From Octopus sinensis (lineage: Eukaryota), in NCBI RefSeq assembly GCF_006345805.1, contig NW_021824068.1, positions 1 to 20,071 on the forward strand: a DNA stretch of 20,071 bases. Reading direction: 5' to 3'. The notes beneath the pieces are model-generated. The model was not told the origin of the DNA, did not search any database, and was given only the letters and a program-made list of their open reading frames with translations. A program made the position numbers and the translations under genes. Positions 8,551 to 19,319 of this stretch are shown one piece after another. Within the stretch, counting starts at the first letter, position 1; each line of letters starts with the position of its first letter.

Positions 8551-8762
8551 TTATTATTATCATTATTATTATTATTATGATTTGGGTCAGGTTTGGTCTT
8601 ATTCCTGGTAGGATTTATGTGGGTAGCGGGTAACCCTACTGATAACCCTTGCTGTCCCTAAGAGACAAACTTTTTGTAGGAGCTCTACTGGGGATTTTAT
8701 TGCAATCTCCTTCAGCCATTTGTCTATATTTTTGCTTACTCTTCCCAACGCAGCAACAGACT
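8551..8762 (-). mobile_element. 3' fragment of an RLE-type (R4/Dong-like) non-LTR retrotransposon with (TAA)n tail
   Basis: Minus frame SVAALGRVSKNIDKWLKEIAIKSPVELLQKVCLLGTARVISRV matches the RLE C-terminal pattern 'VGALG...LQK..LLGTA.I.R'. It is followed by (TAA)n in the element orientation. Confidence 0.75.
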
Positions 8763-9025
8763 GTAAGAAAAAAATTCATGACATAGAACTACGAGAAATA
8801 ACCTTAGATGCCAAGAAAATTCCAAAGAATTTTAGCTGTTCATGATAATACTGTTTCTTGGAGCTGCACTAAATTAGGTTTTATGTCTGTTTTCTCTATC
8901 CATCTGTTCAAATCTATAGGAATAGTTCCTAATGCACCTATAACTATAGGGATACCTTTTACCCGCACTACTTTCCATAGCTTCTGTAACTTAATGGCTA
9001 GGTCCTGGTACTTTGCTATTTTATA
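8763..9025 (-). mobile_element. 3' fragment of a second RLE-type non-LTR retrotransposon
   Basis: KIAKYQDLAIKLQKLWKVVRVKGIPIVIGALGTIPIDLNRWIEKTDIKPNLVQLQETVLS*TAKILWNFLGI*, i.e. the restriction-like endonuclease end 'K..KY.DL...W....IPIVIGALGTIP'. Confidence 0.8.
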
Positions 9026-9329
9026 TATATACATATATACAGAATTTGAGGAAATAATATCCGCGTAAAGGATTGTTAAAAGCAATCCAAATGCCAACTG
9101 AGTTAAACCAAATATATCACCAATATATATGTATAAATAGTCTCATATATATAATATATATACATTCTGAGCTTGGTTGTTCACTATCAATCTGTTGTTT
9201 ATTTTGCCCGAAATCCCACTTTCTTCCTCAATCAGTTAATCGCACCCCCAAATCATTGGAGATATAGATTATCCATCATCTCGTTTTCAACACTAAGGCT
9301 GAGACTGTCGTACCATTCCAGAGGTGGCT

Positions 9330-10100
9330 GGGTTCCTCTGAGATATCTTGCTGTCATTGGTCGCTCGTGCTTCCCCTTTCTTTTTGGCTCGTCTCGACCT
9401 ATTAGCATTTCCCTATATCTTCCACTTCTTCCCCGCCAGCTCAAGGCTTTGGGGTGGTGCTACTGGGTATCTCTATCTGCAATCTCCTGGCCTTCAACTC
9501 CTGAAAATAAAGATGAAGCACAGTTTCTTTATTATTCACTTACATGTGACCCATCGAAACATCACCTTCTGAGATTTACTTTTACTGCTACTACTTCCGC
9601 AACTATTCGCCATTTTCTGATTTTTCCGACTTTTCCGTATAGAAAGCCCTCAAGAGTGTCTTCTTGTCACACGTACAGCAACTGAGATTTCTGCACTACG
9701 CCACCAATTTAATTGTTTCCTTGTCTGCGCCACTGGATGGCTCTATGATGTTCAGAGTCATCAGAGCCTACATGTCTGTACAGACCCTATTTATCTACAA
9801 TCCTGCACTCGCCGTCGACCCATTTCTATGCCACATAAGAAACGACGAACAAAAAATCAACGTCACCACAATGCAGATTACTTCTGGTAGTCGCAAAACA
9901 CTCTTGTTAGTTGTGACCCCCAAGTATCTCGTCTTCCTCTATATTGCTGCTCCAGCCAGTGGAAAGATGTACGACTCGGCTCTTTATCTGTTTCAAAATG
10001 ATACACATGCTCTCAAAGGTTCTGTCCCAGTCTGTGCAACACAGCTTACTATATACACTATACATGGCTCAAGGCTTCCTTCAACAGCTCCTTGAGGCCA
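9330..10100 (-). mobile_element. Highly decayed RTE-like LINE, RT C-terminal region
   Basis: Colinear decayed motifs on the minus strand across frameshifts and stops: ESMCI (KTEYMC), RYLGVT (FKYLGS), A*KW..CRIV.K.GLYRHV, CFDGSHV (RWFGHV), KRKGKHERP (GKRxRGRP). Confidence 0.5.
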
Positions 10101-10674
10101 TATAGAAACCCATCCAGTTATTCAGTGATTTTTTGAGACCCCTTTTTTGCAACACAGTTATGTTACTCTTTGTCAGTTTCTTGATACATTCTAAAGACAG
10201 GAATTCTGCCTTACGTAACATACCTTTCCAACGTGTTTTCTTTTTTTCCTTTGCGGGAGCAGGTCTCCCTTATTACCAATGCTAGCAAAATCGTTGTTAC
10301 TTCTAATAACGTCGTTTGAAATATCGTTATTTCTAAAGTATTTTCAATACCAGATATTTTCTTTATTTCACAACATATTTCTGTACTATCGTTTTCACAA
10401 TTTATTCCTTGAGGCCGGGGTACTAAACATAAAGGGAAAACTGCCCAAAAGTAAACGAATATTTTCAAAGATATAAAATATGAAAACATCCCAGAAAAAT
10501 ATCTATTTTTCCACCCTTCGTTAAATGCGGTGGATACAAATGTTTTCTAAAACCATCTTTTGGTGAAATAATTTGAAAAAAGAAAAAAAACATTTTTTAT
10601 TAAGCATTAGCGTGGCTAATCTAAATCTTCCATGGAGCTGTGTTTGGCACGTCCGCTCACTTCAAAACATACCA

Positions 10675-10678
<4 letters not shown>

Positions 10679-10718
<40 letters not shown>

Positions 10719-10788
10719 CATAATAATAATAATAATAATCATAATAATAATAATAAAATAATAATAATAATAATAATAATAATATATC

Positions 10789-10829
<41 letters not shown>

Positions 10830-10838
10830 CATAATAAT
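10679..10838. repeat. (TAA)n microsatellite
   Basis: Direct inspection. Confidence 0.95.
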
Positions 10839-11100
10839 CTAGATTTGCTCCTAGATATGCCAATTTCTCTGCAATGCATCCTGCAAAAACATTTGGAAAG
10901 TTAAATACAAGGACATTGAAATTGAGGTCCCAAAAATGTGGTATCTAAGAACGAGCTGTGGTTACCGGGACTTTAGGGGCAATACCAAGTGGCACCCTTA
11001 AACAATTTGGCCAAATACCAGGAAATCCAAAAGTATCAGAACTACAAAAAATTCTTCTTGTGAGTATTGTCAATATCCTAAGAAACATTGTCAACCTGTT
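10839..11100 (+). mobile_element. 3' fragment of an RLE-type non-LTR retrotransposon (frameshifted)
   Basis: LLDMP.. then KYKDIEIEVPKMWYLRT then VVTGTLGAIPSGTLKQFGQIPGNPKVSELQKILLVSIVNILRNIV, the RLE C-terminal pattern. It begins directly after the (TAA)n tract. Confidence 0.75.
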
Positions 11101-11324
11101 AATACCTGATTCCCTTAAAACTCTTTCAAAACTGAAATATTATAAATTTAATAGAATGTTAGTATTCAGATTCTGGTCCCTAATTCCTGTAATATATCTT
11201 TGCTAATTATGAATAACAACCGTAGTAAAACGTCCAACCTGTTGTTAATTGTGGTCTCGCGGTGAGACTCGGAACAACTCATATAAAACAAGGTAACAAC
11301 TTCTGTATATAACAACATATACTA

Positions 11325-11420
11325 GCATACATAAATACATACATACATACATACATACATACATACATACATACATACATACATACATACATACATACAT
11401 ACATACATACATACATACAT
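11325..11420. repeat. (ATAC)n microsatellite
   Basis: Direct inspection. Confidence 0.95.
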
Positions 11421-11734
11421 AGAATAAAAAAAAAGCATATAAAAGTATCAAAAAAATTATTGGAAATATAAAAAAAATGTACTTATAGAAAATGAGGAAG
11501 GGGTGTGAAATTGTTCAAGAATGTATTGAAAGATGTCAATATTTTTGAGTTTTAGATTGCACGAAATAATTAAATTAACCATTTATAATTAAATGAACAT
11601 ACAAACACACACATATATACACACATACAATGTATGCTAAACGAAATATAATAATAACGAAGATGAAGTGTCTGTAGAAGTTATTCTCACGAGTATATTA
11701 CAATTCCAAATGTGTAATATATTATTGTCATTTT

Positions 11735-11867
11735 ATATATATATATATATATATATTACATATATTGCACATATATATATATGTATGTATCTATATATAC
11801 ATATATATGTGCACATATTAGATATATATTACATATATATAATATATATATATATATTATATATATA

Positions 11868-11902
<35 letters not shown>

Positions 11903-11940
11903 ATATATATACTTACACATATATGGGCATATATATACAT
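11735..11940. repeat. (TA)n compound microsatellite
   Basis: Direct inspection. Confidence 0.9.
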
Positions 11941-11963
11941 AATTGTACTAGTTATGCTATTGT

Positions 11964-13535
11964 CGGCCAGTGGGATGGCTGAATCGTTAGAGTGTCGCCT
12001 AAATAAGTCCTGCTGTATTGTGACTGTTTGCATTCCGGGTTCAACTCTCACGGCAGTCAATTCTGCTTCTCCTTCATCACGCCCAGGATAGATAAAATAA
12101 AGTACCAGTCATGTACTGGGAACAATAGTAATAATGAAATCTCTCTCACCTCCCTCTGTCCAAATGATGGAATAGTACCTAAATCCATTTCTACTCTCGG
12201 CACAAGGCCTGAAATGTTGGGGGAGAGGGCTATCGATTCCATTGACTCTAGTATTCAACCGGTACTTATTTTATCGACCCCGAAAGCATGAAAGGCGAAG
12301 TGGACCTCAGTGTAATCCGAATTCAGAACATAAAGACGGATGAAATGGCGCTAAGCGTTTTGTCCGGCATGCTAACAATTCTACCTGCAAACCGCCTTCA
12401 TTGTACCTCAACTAAAAACCATTATCATTGGGTGGTAAGGTGAGAAGCTTGCAGAGTTGTTAGCACGCCGGACAAAATTCTAGGTGGCATTTCGTCCGTC
12501 TTTATGTTCTGAGCTCAAATTCCGCTGCGGTCCATTCTGCCTTTCAACTTTTCGGGGTCTTTCAAATAACCACCTGTCGAGCACTGGGCTCGATATATTC
12601 TACTTCACCCCTCCCCTCAAAACTTCCGGCCTTGCGTATATAGTTGAATGGATTTTTACTCAGCAGTGATTGGCAGAGTTGTTAGAGAGCTGGATACTAT
12701 TGTATAGTACTTTTTCCGGTTCTTTACATTCTGAGTTCAAATCCCTGCAAAGTCGACTTTGCCTTCCATGTTTCTACAGTCAATAGGATCAACCAAATTC
12801 TTTCGTCAATGTGTCTAGCTTTGTGTCATTTTTAGAGGCTATTAAAGAGAGGGAATTCAAATTCCGCCGAGGTCGACTTTGCCTTTCCTCCTTTCGGGGT
12901 CGATAAATAAAGTACCAGTTTCGCACTGGGGTCGATGTAATCGACTTAACCCCTTTGTCTGTCCTTGTTTGTCCCCTCTGTGTTTAGCCCCTTGTGGGTA
13001 GTAAAGAAATATATTAAATAGAGGGAATCTGAAGATTCGGTGGAGCGTCGGACAAGATTCCTTGTAGTATTTGTGGTGACTCTTCACGTTCTGAGTACAA
13101 ATCAGGGATCCTGGTTGGCCTAATTCTGTTCAGATTTTTTATTTTAAAGCCGTCCCTTAAAGTCCTGTCCAGATACCAAAAATCAAGTATAGGGTGCCAA
13201 AATCTTTATGGTTTCTTCATAAAGATTATCTTACCTTTTCGTTCTTCCGACGTCGATAAAATAGTGCGCCAGTCAAGTCCGTTGGCCCCAGTGAGGCACT
13301 GGGGCCAATGCAATCAACTGAAACCCTCCCCTTCAAATTTCTGGCCTTGTATTTAAGATTGAAACTACTAGAGGGGGGTGGGTTGGCAGAATCGTCAGTG
13401 CGTCGAACAAAATTCCTTACGATATATTTTCAGACTTTTAACATTTTGAATAAAAACCTTACAAAGGTCACCTTGGCCTTTTATCCTTTCGGAATCGATA
13501 AAACTAAGTACCAGTGAAGTACTACGATCGATTTT
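11964..13535. mobile_element. Dense cluster of about seven family B-type SINE copies or fragments
   Basis: + ~11964-12120; - ~12180-12398; + ~12436-12650; + ~12662-12792; + ~12853-13010 (different 3' tail TGTCTGTCCTTGTTTGTCCCC..); + ~13029-13370 (split by a ~125-bp insert); + ~13372-13535. Confidence 0.75.
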
Positions 13536-13734
13536 ATTGTTAGAATATTGGACACAGGCCCTGCGTCTATATTACAAATAATAATTAATTATTAGTGTCT
13601 TAACCTATAGATTTCTACTTATCGAACTCTGCTCTCCACATTACAATTCCATATTGCTACCGCTTACTTCGTTTGTAATCTAGAATCGTCTTCTAGAAAT
13701 GTGCTACAAAATGTCCTACGCTTGTTTGGTTGTC

Positions 13735-13764
13735 TCCCTTTCTCTCTGTCTCTCCCTCTACCCA

Positions 13765-13795
<31 letters not shown>

Positions 13796-13934
13796 CTGTC
13801 TCTCTCTCTCTCTCTTCATCTCCTCTTTCTGTATCTCCCTCCCTCTCTTCTCTCTCGTTCTTTATCTCTCATTCTCACCCATCCGTGTCTTTGTCATATT
13901 TTACACTATTTTTCTTAATTTACTTTATATATAT

Positions 13935-13966
<32 letters not shown>

Positions 13967-13973
13967 ATATATT

Positions 13974-14021
<48 letters not shown>

Positions 14022-14311
14022 CGCCTCCCCTCTTTCACTCTCGCTCTGTCTCCCTCTTTCTCTTTTTCTCGCTCGTTTCATTAATTTATTATTTATTTTA
14101 ACGAAAACACAAATTTTAAATTAATCATGACATACATTGTTGTATGTTGTACGTGGTGTGGATGTATGTGTGTGGGGTGTGTATGTATTTAAGTCTATGT
14201 ATGTGTAGATATGAATATATACATGCATATATATATTTGTGTATGTATAAGTATTATATATGTGTATATATATATATATACATATACATATACATATATA
14301 TATATGTATAT

Positions 14312-14345
<34 letters not shown>

Positions 14346-14540
14346 ATATTATATAATATTATATATTTATATAATATATATTGATAACAAACTTGACTTA
14401 GCATCATACGATTTAAAGTTTCATGGGTCCATCTTATGCGCCGACGAAACTTTACATTGTATAGTGCTAAGTGATTTGTTATATAACAAAGTATGTCGAG
14501 GGCCTCTTGGTTCTTTCTCTGACTCTCTCTCTCTCTCTCC

Positions 14541-14603
<63 letters not shown>

Positions 14604-14773
14604 TATATATATTATATATATATATCTATATATAGTATATATATATTATATATATACAGATTATATACATATATTATATATATATAATATACATATACAT
14701 ATATATACATACATATATATATACACACACATATACATAAATATATGCACACACACACACACCACACATACAC

Positions 14774-14831
<58 letters not shown>

Positions 14832-14832
14832 G
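13735..14832. repeat. Compound (CT)n/(CTAT)n/(TA)n/(TG)n/(CA)n microsatellite blocks (13735-14070, 14150-14380, 14520-14832)
   Basis: Direct inspection. Confidence 0.9.
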
Positions 14833-14945
14833 TGTAGACATCATAAATAAGAACGGAGATTTATACATCTTCAAAATTCGTTTATTACAATATTTCAATC
14901 CGACACGTGTTTCTGCTGCATAAGCGTCCTAATGCCCCTTGATGC
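14833..14945 (-). mobile_element. Possible Penelope-like element terminal-repeat relic
   Basis: Minus strand: hairpin, then GAAAC-ACGT-GTC, then AATAAA, abutting (TA)n. This resembles the layout of Penelope pseudo-LTRs, but the CUGANGA box is not intact. Confidence 0.3.
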
Positions 14946-15302
14946 ACCATTTATGTGCATTTAATTGGTTCAGTTGCAGTACATGTTCATTAAAGGTAGA
15001 ATAGTAAAACAGTCTTGTTCAAGGCTGTACACACACGAGTAAATGAAGCGAGCAATACGCTTTACATATATATATGTATGTATATTAATGTTTGGTTTTT
15101 ATGTGAAACTATATATAAAAACAATATTACGTTAAATTGAAGTACTGTTCGTTCATTTTTATCGAAATACATTGTCTTCAAATTTTACACGAAAACATTA
15201 AACAGGAACTTCGAAGTTCCAGCTAGGCAACTAACACCAGTGTGATGACAGATGCTTAGCCGTGACTTTTGAATCACTAACAGCTGTTCCAAATAAAAAC
15301 TA

Positions 15303-15402
15303 ATACATACATACATACATACATAAGTACGTACATACATACATACATACATACATACATACATACATACATACGTGCATACAGACATACATACATACAT
15401 AT
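15303..15402. repeat. (ATAC)n microsatellite
   Basis: Direct inspection. Confidence 0.9.
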
Positions 15403-16289
15403 AACATGATGGAGGTTATAACAAGGAATCCTAGGGATCCCCTCTGCAACACCTCATGTAGCAACCTTGCTTGCAAGTTGTTCAAGTATGTTATAGGTTA
15501 CACATTTTGGTTAACCATATAATAATTGGTTTTTACTTCCATCAATTACTAAAGGATCACTTCGTCAATCGAAGACTTTTATATCAAATAAGAATGTTAT
15601 TGTCCTCTCGAAGTTAATAACATTAATTTTAAGTGAGGGTCGGGGAAGACAAAACAGTGTTACGTACGTACATTTCGGTCAACCAACGCTAATATGTATT
15701 TCCATATGCTAATATATATATATATATATACATACATACATGTGTATATATATATAACTTGTATCCTGGAGGGTTAATACGACAACATTAATAACTCTGG
15801 AATTCGCATTAAGAATCTTGCAAACCTAATAAAAAATAAAAGTATCTAATATATATATATATATAATATATATATATAGTCACATTACTCTTATAATGTT
15901 ATTGTCTTACAGTATATAGATTAGAACGTCAGCTGCCTGCAAGAAACCTGTGATGCCAGATTCTTACCCCACTTGTACTGAAATCCCCTCCCGTTACATT
16001 GGCGGCATTTGTCAGAAAATTCTAAAATTCTGAATTGTAATCATTACAATTATACCCTCTTCCTTTGGGGGTGACGACTCAGAATCAAATATCTGTGGTA
16101 AAAAACAAAAAAAAAAGAAGAAAAACGATCCAGGTACTCATTTGCCGCACCAAAGTGTGGAAATTTCAAATTTCTTTTACCATTTTTTCTTCTTTTTCTT
16201 CTATAACTAAACTTTGTTTAATATCTTTATGATGATTCTCTCTATATCTGGACTTCTTTTGTCTCTCTCACACCATCTTCTTGTTTTAT

Positions 16290-16390
16290 GTCTTACATCT
16301 TTATATATATATATATATATTATATATATATATTAATATATATATATTATATATATATATATAATATATATATATATATATAATACATAT
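16290..16390. repeat. (TA)n microsatellite
   Basis: Direct inspection. Confidence 0.9.
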
Positions 16391-16694
16391 TTATATGTAT
16401 ATGTGTCTGTATTATGCGCATGTAGTATAATAATAACTATAATATATGCCAATATCTAACTCACTGCTGTGAACTGAAGCGTGGAATAATATTTAATAAT
16501 ATTTATAATTACATTATTTATTATTAAATTATATATAAATAATCATACATTGCTATTGTTGTTAAGAACATTAATTTTTTTCTTGTTAATAATATATAAA
16601 TAAAGTGATTCATCTCAGATTTGTTTGTTGTGTTTTTTTATATCATATATGTGTATGCATGTATGCATGTATATCTGTTTGTCTATATATCTAT

Positions 16695-16709
16695 ATCTAT
16701 AGATAGATT

Positions 16710-16766
<57 letters not shown>

Positions 16767-16795
16767 ATAGATATATGGATAGATAAATAGACATA
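16695..16795. repeat. (GATA)n microsatellite
   Basis: Direct inspection. Confidence 0.9.
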
Positions 16796-17458
16796 CATAT
16801 ATACAAACTTACATACATGCGTACACATCAATCACCCCCCACACACACAAACATATAAACTTAGATATGTTTCAGCCAAATATTAGTGGAGGCCATGTTT
16901 GACTTAACGGCTTAGCGTTTAAACCAACGACTTTTTAAACCTAGATTCGATGGGGATGAAAAATATAAACATTTGCCATCTATTTCCTGGACCATGGTTT
17001 CTGACTTTTTTTAGCAAATAATATAATTTGCTAGGCGAAGTCTTCGTCAACAGGTACGCCAAGATTAAACATATAAACACGAGGCCAATCCAGCATGTGC
17101 CTCTTGTTTTACATTTTAATTTTTTCAAATCCACCGCGCAATTTCTTCGAACGAATCTTCCAGAAATCATTATACATAATTAATAATATCAGGGTAATAA
17201 TGATTTTAGAAATCTTTACTACCAGTGACCTAGCGTATAGAAAAATTAGTCAATAGACTACATATTATTCATATAAAATACAGTGAACATTTAAACACAT
17301 TAAGAGGTTTCCATCATAGGACTCCCTTATGCTAGAAGGAACAGCTAAAGTCCAAACCAATAATTAGAGATAAATTCTCGAAAGGAATGAAAAATAAAAA
17401 CATTTACAATCTATTTCCTGAACCATGGCTTCTGACATTTTCCACAGGTTCATTCCTT

Positions 17459-17526
17459 CTACATACATACATACATACATACATACATACATACATACAT
17501 ACATACATGCATACATACATACATAC
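17459..17526. repeat. (ATAC)n microsatellite
   Basis: Direct inspection. Confidence 0.9.
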
Positions 17527-17559
17527 CATCTTCAATCCAGCGACAAGACCAGGTAAAGA

Positions 17560-18840
17560 CTGAGGATTGAGACGAATCAGTAGATGTTCAAGCTGTCTTC
17601 CTTGTATCATCTGGTTTTCTACACCCAACAATGCTTTACTGCAGCCGCCTTCTGCTCCGTTGAACACTAAAGGTTTCTTCCGCACAGTTCGGTGGATCCA
17701 GTCTTCACACGAATACAAGGTTTCGGGCTAAATTTGACCACATTTTATGTCTTCTTTTTCCAGGAACTGCTTGATGTATTGATGAAGAGTCAATGGTGTT
17801 GGAGAGCATAAAGGTTATTGTTGTAGCTGAGGAAAAGTGAACTGACATGGAGGACTGGATGCCCTCTGAATATTGGGGAAGAGTTACCTGTGTACCAAAC
17901 TGCCGACATTATCACTGGTGCTCAATGCCCAGTGAAAAGTGTAAAAGCTGTAAGGCGTGACACGGGCATCATGAAAACCAAATTCTCTCAAATTATGACG
18001 GTCTTTCGGTATGTCTCCAATAAGGATGACGTCACGCTGTCCGACCTCATTGAAAAGGGTCTTAGGTTCAATTCAGACGATTATATGAAACTGTTAGAGA
18101 CTATGGTCAAACTCTAGTTGAAGTGGGTTACTCCTGGAAAGCTATATGTGTGTGGCAGCTGGATTCAGCACCTCGTCATATCTCCGGAAAGAGTCCAGAA
18201 GTGGTCGGTGGAGAATTTCTAGGACTTCACCAGCACCAATTTCTGGCCCCCTAATGACCCTGATTGCCATCCCATATATTACAATGTGAGGAGCGCAGTT
18301 GAGAAATACCCCAGCCGCTCTGCTTACAACACTAAGGTCGAGCTGGTGGCCTAGATTAAGGACGTGTTCAAATTTCCTTCCTAGAACACAATGAAGAATG
18401 CATGCGCTAGGTTCCGGGTACGTCTTGGGGCCGTGGTGGAGTCTGGGGTCAGCCACTTTGAGTAAACAGTTATCTCATAACCATAATCTAGATGATGTAC
18501 TTTGTAAAAAAAAATACCTTATATTTTTTTGAAGGGATATTGTATTTTCTTTCTTAAGCAAACTGTCAAATTTAACACGAACACCCTGTAGGCAGGTGAG
18601 TCCTAATCTGCTAATTAACCTGCGCCTGGGATCTTGACAGGGGTTATTAATTCGAGTCAGAGTAGACCTGTGAACAACGGTGGTTAAGATGTTGTTCCAC
18701 ACTTCCCAAAAGCCTGGAAATCCCGAACCAGAGTCATTTCAACTGTTACTATAATAGCCTCTGCTTCTCTGAGCCGACAGTTTCGTACCTTCTCCACTCG
18801 TCACCCTTGATGCTCCACCTTCTCCTTACCCCAGATCTTG
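17560..18840 (-). mobile_element. Possible I-clade (RNase H-bearing) LINE relic split by the mariner insertion (17560-17713 + 18591-18840)
   Basis: Minus strand W.K..VxIKGxE (RNase H WVxGHxGIxGNE-like, frameshifted), then WEVWNN..VHR..RRRLISRLGLTCL|FV*RLDPPNC, in one frame once the transposon and one TA are removed. Weak by-eye similarity. Confidence 0.35.
17716..18588 (+). mobile_element. Tc1/mariner superfamily DD37D (maT-type) transposon relic, internally deleted, with TA TSDs
   Basis: TA at 17714-15 and 18589-90. Degenerate TIRs CAAGGTTTCGGGCTAAATTTGAC (left) vs CAGGGTGTTCGTGTTAAATTTGAC (right, reverse complement). Decayed transposase: IMKTKF..GLRFNSDDYMKLLETMVK..QLDSAPRH..QKW..ENF*DFTSTNFWPPNDPDCHPIYY..ACARFRVRLGAVV..HFE*. 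About 37 residues lie between the second D and the third catalytic position (now Tyr). Confidence 0.88.
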
Positions 18841-19319
18841 CGCTCATCACTACGACCAGTCCTTTCATCTCAGATCATCGATTCTCTATAGCTTTTTTTT
18901 TGTTTTTTCTTGCTCATGCCTGTCCTGCAGGGGTTGACTTCAAACCGTTTAGACGGCGAGATAATGAGATCAATCTCACCGGTCGTGCACGGCGTACAAA
19001 GACTATTGGCTCTGCCATTTCAAGCAGATCAAGCAATTAAAAACAAACAAAACAACATAACTCTGAAGAAAGATGTTTTCTTAAACATTTTCTATGAGAA
19101 TAAAACGCATTCTTGATACAAGAGAAAGAAAAAACAACATTTAATTGAAAATAAGAGAATACTTATAGCCTGAAAAAAAAAACTAAAGAAATATATTACA
19201 AGAACAACAAGAATAAAAACAGCAGTAAAAACAACAACAACAAAGAAAACAACAGTAACAGTAGCAGCAGCCTCGAGCTAACGCATGCGTATATACAAAG
19301 GCATACAGGTGTATATGCG

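Noticed and set aside
9741-9766. CTGATGA plus a short stem on the minus strand (hammerhead core?)
   Set aside because: No GAAA follows the putative helix II, and it lies within the LINE relic.
9173-10095. Long + strand ORFs of 170 aa and 143 aa
   Set aside because: No recognisable domain. They are better explained as antisense shadows of the decayed RTE-like LINE on the minus strand.
16043-17030. Short AT-rich palindromes (AATTGTAAT-C-ATTACAATT near 16050; TAGCAAAT..ATTTGCTA near 17012)
   Set aside because: Stems of 8-9 bp in very AT-rich DNA are expected by chance.
18142-18456. 104-aa minus-strand ORF
   Set aside because: Antisense shadow of the + strand DD37D transposase relic.
17645-18601. 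Exon interrupted by the mariner (acceptor ctgcag at ~17644, perfect donor CAG|GTGAGT at 18593-18601)
   Set aside because: The reconstructed 76-nt exon has stops in all three frames, and the region is better explained as an antisense LINE relic.
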